From assembly GCA_951406725.2 (NCBI GenBank), contig OX597824.1, positions 83,452,001-83,516,000 of the forward strand: a DNA stretch of 64,000 nt. The letters are read 5' to 3'. Positions 13,714 through 26,811 of the stretch are shown here, one piece after another. The translations under genes and the position numbers were made by a program. The first letter of the stretch is position 1. Each line of letters opens with the position of its first letter. This DNA is from Octopus vulgaris (lineage: Eukaryota). The notes beneath the pieces are model-generated. The model saw only the letters and a list, made by a program, of their open reading frames with translations, made no database searches and was not told where the DNA came from.

Positions 13714-13878
13714 AATAAACAACAAAGCCAGGCCGTTTCATCTCAGGCTGCTGACACAACAAGTGACACTAGTGACTCGAGTAGTAGCAGTGATGGTGGT
13801 TCCAGCTCCTCTGATGGTTCTACATCTTCAGACAGTTCTGATTCAGATTCAGATAATGAGAAAAAACAGATTCGGTGA
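13714..13878 (+). CDS. LRPPRC: LRPPRC/bsf-like protein, terminal exon with Ser/Asp-rich tail
   Basis: ttccacag|; NKQQSQAVSSQAADTTSDTSDSSSSSDGGSSSSDGSTSSDSSDSDSDNEKKQIR-TGA; AATAAA motifs follow at about 14094 and 14227. Confidence 0.75.
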   Translation, partial: NKQQSQAVSSQAADTTSDTSDSSSSSDGGSSSSDGSTSSDSSDSDSDNEKKQIR

Positions 13879-13941
13879 TAGTGATGCCAGATCATTGCAT
13901 AGTCTATATATAGACAGACTCACTGTGTGATATAAATATTC

Positions 13942-13989
<48 letters not shown>

Positions 13990-15017
13990 GAAAAAGACTG
14001 GTTAAACATTACTTGTTTGGTAATTGTTTTGCGGGGAGTCCCAAAAATTAGTTTATTATCAATCCACATAAAACATCTACAAAAAAGTATTTAAATAAAA
14101 AAAAAAGTAAAAGTATAACATTAGATCTTATTTCATGTTCTATTAGACTTCCTCTCTCTCTCTCTCTCTCTCTAACCATATTTTTGTATTTTTTACCATT
14201 TTCCTTCTGTCTTTCTTTATCTTTGAAATAAAATTTCATTTGTAGCAACTTTCCAGAAAAAGAAAACAAAATCTGCTTTAAACATCTCTGAAATTTGCAT
14301 GTTCTTTCAGTCACACAAATTGTGTATATATATAAATGGATGAATGAATTATCCTTTGTTTACCCATTTCTTTACTGCCCACAAGGGGCTAAACACAGAG
14401 GGGACAAACAAGAACAGACAAATGGATTAAGCCGATTACATCGACCCCAGTGCTTAACTGGTACTTAATTTATCGACTCCGAAAGGATGAAAGGCAAAGT
14501 CTATCTCGGCGGAATTTGAACTCAGAACGTAGTGGTAGACGAAATACCGATTTCTTTACTATCCACAAGGGGCTAAACATCGAGTGGACAAACAAGAACA
14601 GACAAACAGATTAAGCCGATTACATCGACCCCAGTGCTTAACTGGTACTTAATTTATTGACCCCGAAAGGATGAAAGGCAAAGTCGACCTCGGCGGAATT
14701 TGAACTCAGAATGTAACGGCAGACGAAATACGGCTACGCATTTCGCCCGGTGTGCTAACGTTTCTGCCAGCTTGGCGCCTTAATGATAATGAATGAATTA
14801 TCCTTTGTTTACCGTTAACATGGAAAATTCAATAAACAGTTACCAGGTTAGCAAATTCATGCAAGTAACAAGGATGTAGCGACCTATTCAAAGGTAGAAA
14901 CTCCGGGTTAAGGTGCAGTAATTTGTAATTTGTATAGTATAAGTAAATAAATGGAGTTGAACGCAGGTGTTATTCAAATTCGTTTACTTTTGACATATGT
15001 CTTGTTGTTGAGATAGG

Positions 15018-15119
15018 TTCTCTTTCTTTCCTGATGAGAAGATTACATTATTTTACACCATTTATTCCTTTGGAATAAAACTAATGGTATCTTCGAAACG
15101 TATGTCGAAAGTAAAAGAA
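15018..15119 (+). ncRNA. minimal type I hammerhead ribozyme (Penelope-type)
   Basis: stem I ctttc/gaaag, CTGATGA 15031-37, stem II gaagat/atcttc, GAAAC-gtat-GTC, predicted cleavage after 15106. Confidence 0.75.
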
Positions 15120-15842
15120 TTTGAATAACACCTGCATTCAACTCCATTTATTTACTTATATATATATAATATTGTTGCTATTATACAAAAGTGTTGTAGG
15201 TCCAAAACATTGCTTCTTCAGAAAATGGTAAAACAGTTTCCCTATTCCATTTCTTTTTACATTAGCAACACTTTCAACTTAATATTAATTAATAAAATCG
15301 TAACCCTCTGCATGTATGATAATTTCAGTCAGAAATATTTTTGTGAAACTGTTGTATGTGGGGATTAGTAAACTTTTGAAATATGCTTAACCGTTGTATT
15401 ACATGTTGACAATTTTCATATCTTGGTATCTGAAGCAGCTGGTGATTTGATAGTTTGACTAAAAGAACTGGCTATTCCAAGTAAAATTAAGTATTGGAAA
15501 AAAAAAATGCATTTGGCCAAATTTGGACATACGACAGTATGTATATATATATATTTTACTAAATCTTCAGATTTTTCAATATGTTAGGCTACTGGTTTTA
15601 AATTGATATTAATCAAATTAATATTCAATTTTTTCACCCTTATTATTTAAATATATATATATATACAAAATAAGGAAATGGAGGAATAGATTTCTTTCAA
15701 TCATCAACTTCCAGATAATACCAATTCATATAATTTTATTAACTAATTATTTAGATTAAATAGGAATATCCAAATCCAACAGAATAAAACAATATACATC
15801 AATAAGTAGGATAATACCATAAGAATAATACATATAAAATGG

Positions 15843-15978
15843 ATCTTACAGCTGTTTCAGCCTGTAGATAAGAGTATCTCATTATGCCCATATTAGTCAG
15901 ATGTATTGAGGTAATATGCAGTTAAAAATGAGTTATAGATATATATATATATATATATCTCAAGGCCTCGTCAGAGAT
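15843..15978 (-). ncRNA. minimal type I hammerhead ribozyme with expanded stem II
   Basis: on the - strand: atct CTGACGA ggcct...aggct GAAAC agct GTA agat; palindromic loop 3. Confidence 0.7.
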
Positions 15979-17817
15979 TATAAAGTACAGTTATAGAGAT
16001 AACCCCTACCTCACTTTGTACTATATATATGTATATACATATTAGAGGGAAACCACTATGTGTCCACATAGTGGTTTCTCTCTAATATGTATATAATACA
16101 ATTTTATGTCTCTCTAACTTGGCAGTTCGGCAAAAATATGTACTAGGCTTACAACTGGGGTCTATTTGTTCTCAACTAAGGGTGGTGTTCCAGCATGGCT
16201 GCAGTCAAATGACTGAAACAAGTAAAAAAAATATACATAGACATTTATGTGTATACACACACACACATATCCACAAGTATAATAAAACAGCAGAGTTGGT
16301 TTAATCCCTTAGCATTTAAGCCAGTTGTATCTGACCCCAAATATTTCCCCCGTTTTATGTTCAAATTGACCAGATCCTATCTCTCACACTTACCCAACAT
16401 TGTCATTCTAAAAATAAACAATTACATCATTGATATCTTGAAGCTATGAGATAATGCATGATTAATTCAAGACAATGTTTAATTAATACATGTTACAGTT
16501 GACAATAATCTGAATGATAATCAGTTACTATGACATCTTGAATTACTTAATCTTACAAGTGTTTCACTAGCAAACACTGCAATATTATGCAATAATCATA
16601 GAAACAAATGCATGATATGGTTAAAATGCCAGATCTGCTGAGCAATATTGTAATTTGTTTTTATGCTATATACCAACATAGTTTGGTTGAGAGTGCAAAG
16701 ACAACTGCTTTTAAATATACACTCTGTAAATTATCCAAATGTTGATAATACCAAAGATCATCATCATCATCATTTAGCGTCCGCTTTCCATGCTAGCAGG
16801 GGTTGGACGGTTTAACTGGGGTCTGTGAAGCTGGAAGGCTTCATCAGGCCCAGTCAGATTTGGCAGTGTTTCTACGGCTGGATGCCCTTCCTAACGCCAA
16901 CCACTCCGTGAGTGTAGTGGGTGCTTTTTACAGGACAAAAAATGTTTAACCCTTTAGTGTTCAGATTACTCTGTCAAATCTAATGCTTATTTATTAATTC
17001 CAACTTAGCAAAGGCAGAGGTATTGTTTTCAGTCACATTTGTTTATCCATGAACAAAATATCTCAAGAACCACTGGATGGATTTGGATGAAATTTTCAGG
17101 GATATTTAGCCCCGTGACTAGCACAAATTTGTTAGGTTTTGGGATCAATCTGGTACCAGACAAGGATTCTGGATTATTTTTGGTGGGAGGGGGCCAGTCG
17201 ATTAGATCAATCTCGAAAGGATGAAAGGCAAAGTCGACCTTGGCAGAATTTGAACTCAAAACAAAGACAGACAAAATACCTTTCTTTACTACTCACAAAG
17301 GGCTAAACACAGAGGGGACAGACAAACGGATTAGGTCGATGACATCGATCCCAGTGCGTAACTGGTACTTAATTTATCGACCCCGAAAGAATGAAAGGCA
17401 AAGTTGACCTCGGCGGAATTTGAACTCAGAACATAACAGCATTCTTTTTCAATTTTGCAATATTTGTGTTAATATTACAATATCTAAAGTGGCAAGCTAA
17501 TAGCCCCTAACCCTTCGGGGAACTAAAAGCATTTTTTTTCAGTTTTGCAATATTTGTGTTAACATTACAATATTTGAAGATAGATAAGCATTAAAAATCT
17601 CACTAGAAATATCCACAATCCCTTTGAATTTTCATAGCCCCTGACTCTTCTGGGAGGTGAAAGCATCCTTTTTCAGCTTCGCAATATTTGTGTTAATATT
17701 ACAACACCCGCAGGCATGGGTTTTTTTTTTTCTCTTTTTACTTGTTTCAGCCATTTGACTGTGGCCATGCTGGAGCACATATAAGCATTAAAAATCTCAC
17801 TAGAATTATATATATTC

Positions 17818-18570
17818 ACATGGGAACCAACCTAAAATTCAGAGAACACCTTGACTCAGTCTGTCTTACTGCAAGAAAGTACAGCGGGTGGATCTTGCGC
17901 ACCTTCAAATCAAGAGATACCTCAACAATGAAAACCCTCTGGAACAGTATGATACTTCCGAGGATTGACTACTGTTCTCAGTTGTGGTCACCAACAACAA
18001 AGGGCCAACTATCTAAGATGGAATCGCTCCAAAGAAATTTTACCTCATACTTCTCAGAAACGAGGGACCTGGACTATTGGCAAAGACTCAAAACCTTGAG
18101 GATGTACTCAATAGAAAGAAGATTTGAGCGATACCGAATTATATACATTTGGAAAATGATAGAGCAAAAGGTGCCAAACTTTGGTATCAAAACCTACCAC
18201 TCACTGTGCCACGGAAGACGCTGCCAGCTACCACCAATCAACAAAAAGGCTGGCCAGGCAGCAAAAACCCTGCGAGAATCAAGTCTGTTGGTTCGAGGAG
18301 CACAACTATTCAACTCCATTCCGGTACATGTCAGAAATCTATCAGGATGCAGTGTGGAATCATTCAAATTGCAGCTGGATAGATACTTAAGCACCATTAG
18401 AGATGAACCCCATCTCCCAGGATATACACAACGAGCACAAACTGACTCAAACTCACTCCTACACATGTCAAAATTAAACAGAGAATACAACCTGGCAACC
18501 ACACCAGACTCTGAGGGTGGAGTCTTCGACTTGGCCTGAGCATGGACTCAAACTCAAATGAAATGAAATG
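17818..18570 (+). mobile_element. 5'-truncated CR1/L2/Jockey-group LINE, RT C-terminal region
   Basis: uninterrupted ORF ILRTFKSRD...LPRIDYCSQLWSP...YSIERRFERYRIIYIWK...QLFNSIP...FKLQLDRYL; (AAATG)3 tail. Confidence 0.85.
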
Positions 18571-21500
18571 TTGTAAGACAGATATACAGTTAGCTTAGCA
18601 TTGGTAATAAAACTGAAAAACCTGGAGGAAACTAGTGATACACTCTGTCTACAATTAGTAATACAAATGGCCAGAACAGTGGAATAAATTTTGCATTATG
18701 AGGATAAAATATATTCCACTGTTAGTGTCTTTAATACAAAAAAGCTAACTAGAAATAAGTTTAGAGATGCAATACTCAGACAGGTAAATGGGTATGTTAG
18801 TGTTAGCGGATTTAATACATGGAATATTAAGCTGAGAAGAAATAAGTATGTGATAAAAGATAAACAGCTCAGTTCATGGTTGTATGTTTAATGTATTAAA
18901 AATTTTGTCTAGAGCTTACAGGCTTATTAGGACAGAATTTATCCCAGTTTCTGAGGCATTTAAGCCACATACAGACATATTATATGTGTGTGTGCAGGTG
19001 TGGCTGTGTGGTGACAAGCTGGCTTTCCAATCACATAGTCCCAGGTTCAGTCTCACAGTGTGGCATCTTGGGCAAGTGTTTTCCTACTTATTCTATCAGT
19101 CTCTTTTGTCAAACTGCTGCGTTACAGGGACATAAATACACCAATACTTGTTGTCAAGCAGTGGTAGGGAACAAATACACAGATATATATGTGTGTGTGT
19201 GTGTGTATTCTTTTATTTGTTTCAGTCATTTGACTGCATCCAAAGCCTTGTGGGTGGATTTGGTTGACTGAAGCTGAAAGAAGCCTATCCTGTAAATATA
19301 GTGGTGGCTGTGTGGTAAGTCACTTGCTTCCCAACTATATGATTCCGGGTTCAGTCCCACTGCATGGCACCTTGGGCAAGTGTCTTCTCCTATAACCTCA
19401 GGCTGACCAAAGCTTTATGAGTGGATTTGGTAGACGGAAACTGAAAGAAGCCTGTCCTATATGTGTGTGTGTCTGTGTTTGTGCCCCACCCCCACCATGC
19501 TTGACAAGCGATGTTTGGTAGACGGAAACTGAAAGAAGCCCATCGTATATATGTTTGAGTGACTGTGTCCCCCCCCCCCCAACATCGCTTGACAACCAAT
19601 ACTGGTGTGTTTACGTCCCCGTAACCTAGCAGTTTGGCAAAAGAGACTGATAGAATAAGTATCAGGCTTACAAAGAATAAATCCAGGGGTCAATTTGTTC
19701 GACTAAAGGCAGTGCTCCAGCATAGCCACAGTCACATGATTGAAGCAATTCAAAGAATACAGACAGACACACATCTATTCAACTGGCACCTGCCCCCAAA
19801 ATTTCGGGCCTTGAGCCTTGAGTAGAAAAGAATAACAGGTTGACTCAGCTCCACATTATTCAGTTTCATAGGCCCAGGTATGGGCCTACACCTTCCGATG
19901 TACTGACATGGAGAGAAGAAGAGTATAAAAGGAGTTTATAAATGGGTTTTAGGTGAGAATATTTTGGCCTCCCTTGGTCAGTTCAGGTCATGATGAGGGC
20001 TAGGCAAGAGACAAGACAATAACTACAGTCAGCTATATGTATGTTCCACATTGCAGAGTATCATGTGTCCAGTTAACTGTGTATAAGTCACACCCCAGCT
20101 GAAATCAATTATAATGTAGTGCAACATATATACAATTAAATATGGTAGTAGCGACTTAACAAGGGCAGAGGGAGGCACATGACTTAGTGGTCAGAGTGCT
20201 GGACTCCTGATTGGAAGATTGTGGTTTCAATTCCTGGCCCAGTCGCCGCATTGTGTTCTTGAGTAAACCACTTTATTTCACATTGCACTAGTCTGCTCAA
20301 GTAGAGGTGCATGGCTTAGTGGTCAGGGTGTTGGACTCATGATTGGAAGATTGTGGTTTCAATTCCTGGCCCAGTCGACGCATTGTGTTCTTGAGCAAAC
20401 CACTTTATTTCACATTGCACTAGTCTGCTCAAGTGGAGGTGCAGGGTTTAGTGGTCAGGGTGTTGGACTCGTGATCGTAAGATTGTGGTTTCAATTCCTG
20501 GAGCAAGCAATGCATTGTATTCTTGAGCAAAACACTTCATTTCACATTGCACCAGTCCACTCAGCTGGCAAAAATGAGTAATCTTAAGACAGACCAGGAT
20601 CCCGTCCAGGAATGAATATATATGCAAGGAAAACCAAGAAACTAACCCTATGCTCCTTACAGAATAATGTGGACAAACCAGTGGGTTAGCAAAATTGTTA
20701 GGGTGTTGCATAAAATTCCTTGCAGTATTTGGTCCCGTCATTTATGCTCTGTGTTCAGATCCCACCAAGGTCAACTTTGCCTTTCTGCCCCCTCTCCTCA
20801 AGTTCAATAAAATAATCTTTTCTACTCTAGGCTCAAGGCCTGAAATTTTTTGGGGGAAGGGGCCAGTTGATTAGATCGACCACAGTATGCAAATGGTAAT
20901 TAATTTATCGACCCTGAAAGGATGAAAGGCAAAGTCGACCTTGGCGGAATTTGAACTCAGAACATAAAGACAGATGAAATACTGCTATTTATTTTGCTCA
21001 TCGTGCTAACGTTTCTTGTTTCTTTACTGCCCACAAGGGACTACACACAGAGGGGACAGACAAACAGATTAAGTCGATTATATCGACTCCAGTGCGTAAC
21101 TGGTACTTATTTAATCAACCCCGAAAGGATGAAAGGCAAAGTCGACCTTGGCAGAATTTGAACTCAGAACGTAATGACAGAATCAATACCGCTAAGCATT
21201 TCGCCCAGCGTGCTAACGTTTCTGCCAGCTCGCCACCTTAGTTCAATAAAATAAGTACCAGTCACGTACTGGGGTTGATGGTATAAACTACAAATTTCAC
21301 TCTTGCAAATTACCATCATTGTGTCTATGCTTGAAATAATAACGAGTAATTTAACGAATTTACTTAATTTATTTTATTTTATTTTATTTTTTTGCATATT
21401 TTGTTGCTTTATTTATATTAATAATTTATTTTGGTATAAATTTTTCTGTATTTTGTTTGTATTTTTGTTTTTCCTCTCCCAGGTAACGACCTTCATATAA

Positions 21501-22039
21501 TGAGTAGGATTAACTTGGTAAACCACTGCCCTTGAGGAGAAGGTGTATGTGTGTGAGAGAGAGAGGGGGAGAGCTAGGAGAGAAAAGACAGAGTGAGTCT
21601 GAGAGAGTGAAGAAGGAATAGAGAGAGAAGAGAGTGAGATTGGTGAGGAGGATAGATAGATAGAGAGAGGGAAAATGAGAAGGAAAAGTGTGTAGAGGAG
21701 ACTAAAAAAGGATTATGACATTAGAAGGCTAATTTGAAGAGTTTAAAGCCAATGTAACATTTAAGAGGATAAAGATGGTTGAATAAGAGATAGATTGAAA
21801 GAGAGAGTGGGGGGGAGAGAGAGAGAGACTTGATGGGAGTAGTGACTACTGTCTCTGTTTTGATGGTGGTGGTGGTGGTGGTTGTGGTGGTGGTGGGGTT
21901 GATAGCAGGTGAAAGTCAGTTGGTGATGAGAAGAAATAAAGAAATAGAGAAGATATGTATGTAGGTGAGTGCAGATACACACATAGACACTATACACATA
22001 TGCACACACACACATGATATATACATATACATGCATATT

Positions 22040-22096
<57 letters not shown>

Positions 22097-22142
22097 GTAT
22101 GTATATATACAAATGCACACATGATATATATATGTACATGTA

Positions 22143-22194
<52 letters not shown>

Positions 22195-22523
22195 TGTATA
22201 TATATATATATATACATACACAGGTACATATATATATGCCTGTATATATATATAAAGAGAGAGAGAGAGAGGCACGCACATATATATATGTGTATATATA
22301 CATATACCCACACACACACATACATGTGTGTGTGTATATATATATATGAATATATGATGTGTGTGTGTATATGATATGTCCACATTTCAAATACATAAGG
22401 TGTGTCAGCTATTTGAGAGCGAAATTTCGATTTGAAGAAAACAAAAATATTTATTAGAAAAACCAATATATTTTTTATGGAATTTGCTACACATATTCTT
22501 ACATACAAATAGCAAAGCATCAT

Positions 22524-22690
22524 TCAATAAAAACTACTGTCAGCTTCTATTACTGACTCAATACAGCTTCTGAAACAGCTAAATACATTGACCAGGTGAT
22601 CTTTATTTATGTTGCCAACAGCAGACATCAACAAGTCCTTGGTATTGCAAGCATGCTTGTTGGTCTCCCTTTCAGCGATGCTCCCGGATA
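22524..22690 (-). mobile_element. Tc1/mariner-superfamily transposase C-terminal relic
   Basis: IAERETNKHACNTKDLL...NKDHLVNVFSCFRSCIESVIEADSSFY resembles the VERETNK..NT...FRSRIEAVIEAxG end of DDE transposases. Confidence 0.6.
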
Positions 22691-22809
22691 ATGCAAAAGT
22701 CGGCATTACTTGGAACTGCATGCATATTGCATAGAGTACTGTCTGAGGTCCTTGTTGTGACTTGACAAACAGCACAAAGCCCCAGTAGACACATTTTCAA
22801 TCAACAACC

Positions 22810-22843
22810 TCATGGCATTCTATACTGTGCGACATCTATAATG

Positions 22844-22880
<37 letters not shown>

Positions 22881-24327
22881 CCCTTTCTATAACAAGCATA
22901 GGGCCTGAATTTTTGAGGGAGGGGTACTAGTGTATGACATTGATCCCAGTGTTCAATGGTTATTTTATTTCCTTGACTACAAAAGGATGAAAGGCAAAAT
23001 CAACGTTGGTGGATTTTGAACGCAGAATGTAGAGGCAGATGAAATGCCTGAAAGCATTTCGGCCAGTAATGCTAATAATAATAATAATAATCAAATACAG
23101 AATCAAAAGAGCCAAGAGGTCAATTGTTAGTGGCAGTGATATCCTTGTCCAAATTTTGAATAAAGAAATCAAGTGATCAAATGTTATATTTAATTGAAAT
23201 TTAATCATCGATGTACTTTCCCTGATTATCTATGACTTCCTTCCATCTATTTACAAACTTTTTAATCCCATCAATGTAAAACTCTTTTGGTTTCAAAGCG
23301 AAGAACTCTGAAATGTCAGTTTCGACCTCCTCCTGGCTTGTGAAAGTTATGTCCCCCAAATGATTCTGTAAACTATGAAACAAATGGTAGTCTCAAGGAA
23401 CAAGGTTGGGAGAATAAGGTGGATGAGAATTTTTTTGCAACCAAGCTCTTCGATCTTCTGTGATGTGATCTTTGCAGTGTGGAGTCACGCATTGTCCTGA
23501 TGAAACATCACACCTTTTCGATTCACTAAAGTGGGTCTTTTTTTCTTCAAAACTTGGTTCAAATGCTCTAATTGCTGACAGTAGGCTTGAACATTGATTG
23601 TTGCATTAGGTGGTAACAATTTAAAGTGAATTACTCCTTTACAATCCCACCAGATAGAGAGAAGAACCTTTTTCCCATGAAGTTCCCTTCTTGGTTGTGG
23701 TTGAGCTTTTTCCCTTTTATAAAGCCACTGTTTACGACATTTAACATTTCAATAGAAGAGCCGTTTTTCATCACCAGTCACAAGTCTATCCAAAAAGGGT
23801 GAAATGAGTTCATGAGAATGGAGACCACAACCACCACCACTACTACCACTGCCACCACAACCACCACCACTACTACCACTGTCACCACAACCACCATCAC
23901 CACTACAACCACTGTCACCACAACCACCACCACTACTACCACTGCCACCACAACCACCACCACTACTACCACTGTCACCACAACCACCATCACCACTACT
24001 ACCATTGCCACCACAACCACCACAACCACCACCACCACCATCACTACTACCACAGCCACCACAACTACCACCATCACTAATATTAATATCAATACCTTCA
24101 TCATAATTACCACCATTCTACTAGCACCAATACCACCTCTACAATTAGTTCCACCTCCACCATCACCATTTTCACCATCACCGCTTACACCATGATGACC
24201 ACCACTACTGGAACAATAATAATTAACGAGAAGGTAAATACAAATCAAGTAGATTAAAGGTGTGAAACACTGAGCAGCTTATAGGTTTTTTGTTATCATA
24301 ATGATTATGTAAATAGGGTACAACGAA

Positions 24328-24373
<46 letters not shown>

Positions 24374-24427
24374 CGGATATGTATGTACTTATATATCTCT
24401 TTTCCTTTATGTTTACATTTTATAGGT

Positions 24428-24458
<31 letters not shown>

Positions 24459-24579
24459 CATACATATGTATATATACATACATACATATATATATACATA
24501 CATATATATATACTTACATACATATATAAACATACACATATATATACATACATACATATATATATATACATATATATAT

Positions 24580-24620
<41 letters not shown>

Positions 24621-24629
24621 CATACATAT

Positions 24630-24699
<70 letters not shown>

Positions 24700-26005
24700 G
24701 GATACTGATAGAATTAGTACCAGGCTTAAAAACAAATGATAAGCACTGAAGTGCGATTCATTCAACTAAAAAATTCTTCAAGGCGGTGCCCAGGCGTGTT
24801 CACAGTCTAATGACTGAAACAAGTAAGAGATGAAGGATATGCACATGTAAAGGTATAGATGGATATACATATATCATCATCATCATCATCATCATGGTTT
24901 AACGTCTGTTTTCCATGCTAGAATGGGTTGGACGGTTCGACTGGGGTCTGTGAAGCCAGGAGCCTGCACTAGGCTCCAGTCTGATCTGGCAGTATTTCTA
25001 CACCTGGATGCCCTTCCTAACGCCAACCATTCCATGAGTGTAGTGGGTGCTTTTTATGTGCCACCGGCACAGGTGCCAGGGGAGGCTGGCAATGGCCATG
25101 ATTAGTTGGTGCCTTTTACGTGCCACCGGCACAGAAGCCAGTCAAGGCGGCGCTGGCATCAGCCACGTTCGGATGGTGCTTTTTACGTGCCACCGGCACA
25201 GGTATCACAACTACAATTTCCATTTGATTTTTTGATGTTGTGTACTTGACTCAATAGGTCTCCTCAAGCACAGCAGGTCGCCCTACAATCCAAGGTAAGC
25301 ACAGCAGGCCATCCTGCGATCCAAGGTACTTTGGATGGGCTGGGGCTTCTATGTGATGCTGGTGCAGGAAACAGCCATGAACTCACGCTATTATATAAAA
25401 TATAATTATTCAGTATACATGGATGCATGTAAATTCATTTCTGGTAACATGATCAAGTTTCACAAAAAAAAAAATCCCCCACCCCCAAAAAACTGTACAT
25501 ATAATACATAACTTAGAAGCAGCGCTGCGGATATGCCAACACACACGAGCCTGAGACATGGCCACCCTCACGCACTTCTCATGAGGAATTCCAGAAGGAG
25601 CTTCATAAAACCACTTCAGAGACGCTTCTGAAAAAAAAAATTTCAGTAACCATTGGAAAACCGATTATAGCAGTGACTCAATCAATTCTTAGTTATGTCT
25701 GAAGAAGGAATTTTTATATTCTGAAATATAATAATAATAATAATGAAATTATTGTATACAGTGCTCAGGTGCACCACAACTTGTCAAAAGTGCGTATAAA
25801 AACATATGCAGTAATGAACAAATGTCTGGAAAGTGAACAGTGTATGAGTCAGATACATGCCTGCGCATGTATGGAGGGGAGAAAATCAGGTGTAGTGTTG
25901 GTGAATCTCAGGTGTGTTATATCAGACTATGAATAATTAAATTATAAATGTTATTATAGTCCACTCTATATTGTTGTGCCATTCAAGACGTTATTTTTCA
26001 CATAA

Positions 26006-26040
<35 letters not shown>

Positions 26041-26780
26041 CAACAATAATAAATACCTATTTCTTTATTACCCACAAGGGGCTAAACACAGGGGGGACAA
26101 ACAAGGACAGACATAGGTATTAAGTCGATTACATCGACCCCAGTGTGTAACTGGTACTTAATTTATCGACCCCGAAAGGATGAAAGGCAAAGTTGACCTT
26201 GGCGGAATTTGAACTCACAACGTAACGCAGACGAAATACCGCTAAGCATTTCGCCCGCTCTCATGGCTTCTGATCTTTACTGATTGGAAGTGTCATCATG
26301 TAGTCGTTTTGTCTTTGTGTAAAAGATGGGCTACAGCAAATATTCTGCTCAAAGCCACAGATTTGCTTGACTTTAACCAGTTGAGCATATCTCTTGGTGG
26401 CTGACGATATGTGCATTTCTGATCATGAGCAGATGTAGTGGAGGGTGGCATCATAACCATGTGCAGAGAGGAATTCTTTGGGGTTTGAAGAACTTACCTC
26501 TGGAAACATGCATGTTTCATTCAGCTTCTTTAAACAATGCTTATTCAGGGAACTTTTGAGCGGGATCGGCTACTAGAGCTGAAAGAAATTCTCACTGGGC
26601 CCCACCTGCAAGCTCATGCACTATTTATCTTGATATGTGAGATTACCATGTTGCACACATATGATTGTGATGCATGTGTCTGGTGTACCCTTATCAGACG
26701 GGTTGGTCATGATGGGTATATTGGGCTTTGTATATCTGTACCCTAGTGTCACTTTGATGACATGCATTGCTCTCTCACTC

Positions 26781-26811
<31 letters not shown>

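Noticed and set aside
13652-13930. 92-aa ORF in the supplied track
   Set aside because: Wrong frame; the phase-0 spliced frame 13714-13878 is the coherent one
21761-22523. [12 protein letters not shown] ORFs here and at 24.3k, 34.6k and 60k
   Set aside because: Translations of (TA)n and (CA)n microsatellites
22524-22775. 83-aa ORF as an extra PhnZ exon
   Set aside because: The PhnZ-like frame is already complete at 28816, an in-frame stop lies just upstream of this ORF, and its C-terminal part resembles a transposase
23812-24195. Thr-rich mucin-like ORF and the antisense poly-Val ORF
   Set aside because: Pure trinucleotide repeat abutting a mariner relic; no signal peptide or splice context
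25694-25730. CTGAAGA...GAAA as a functional hammerhead
   Set aside because: Truncated by (AAT)n after GAAA; no stem I partner
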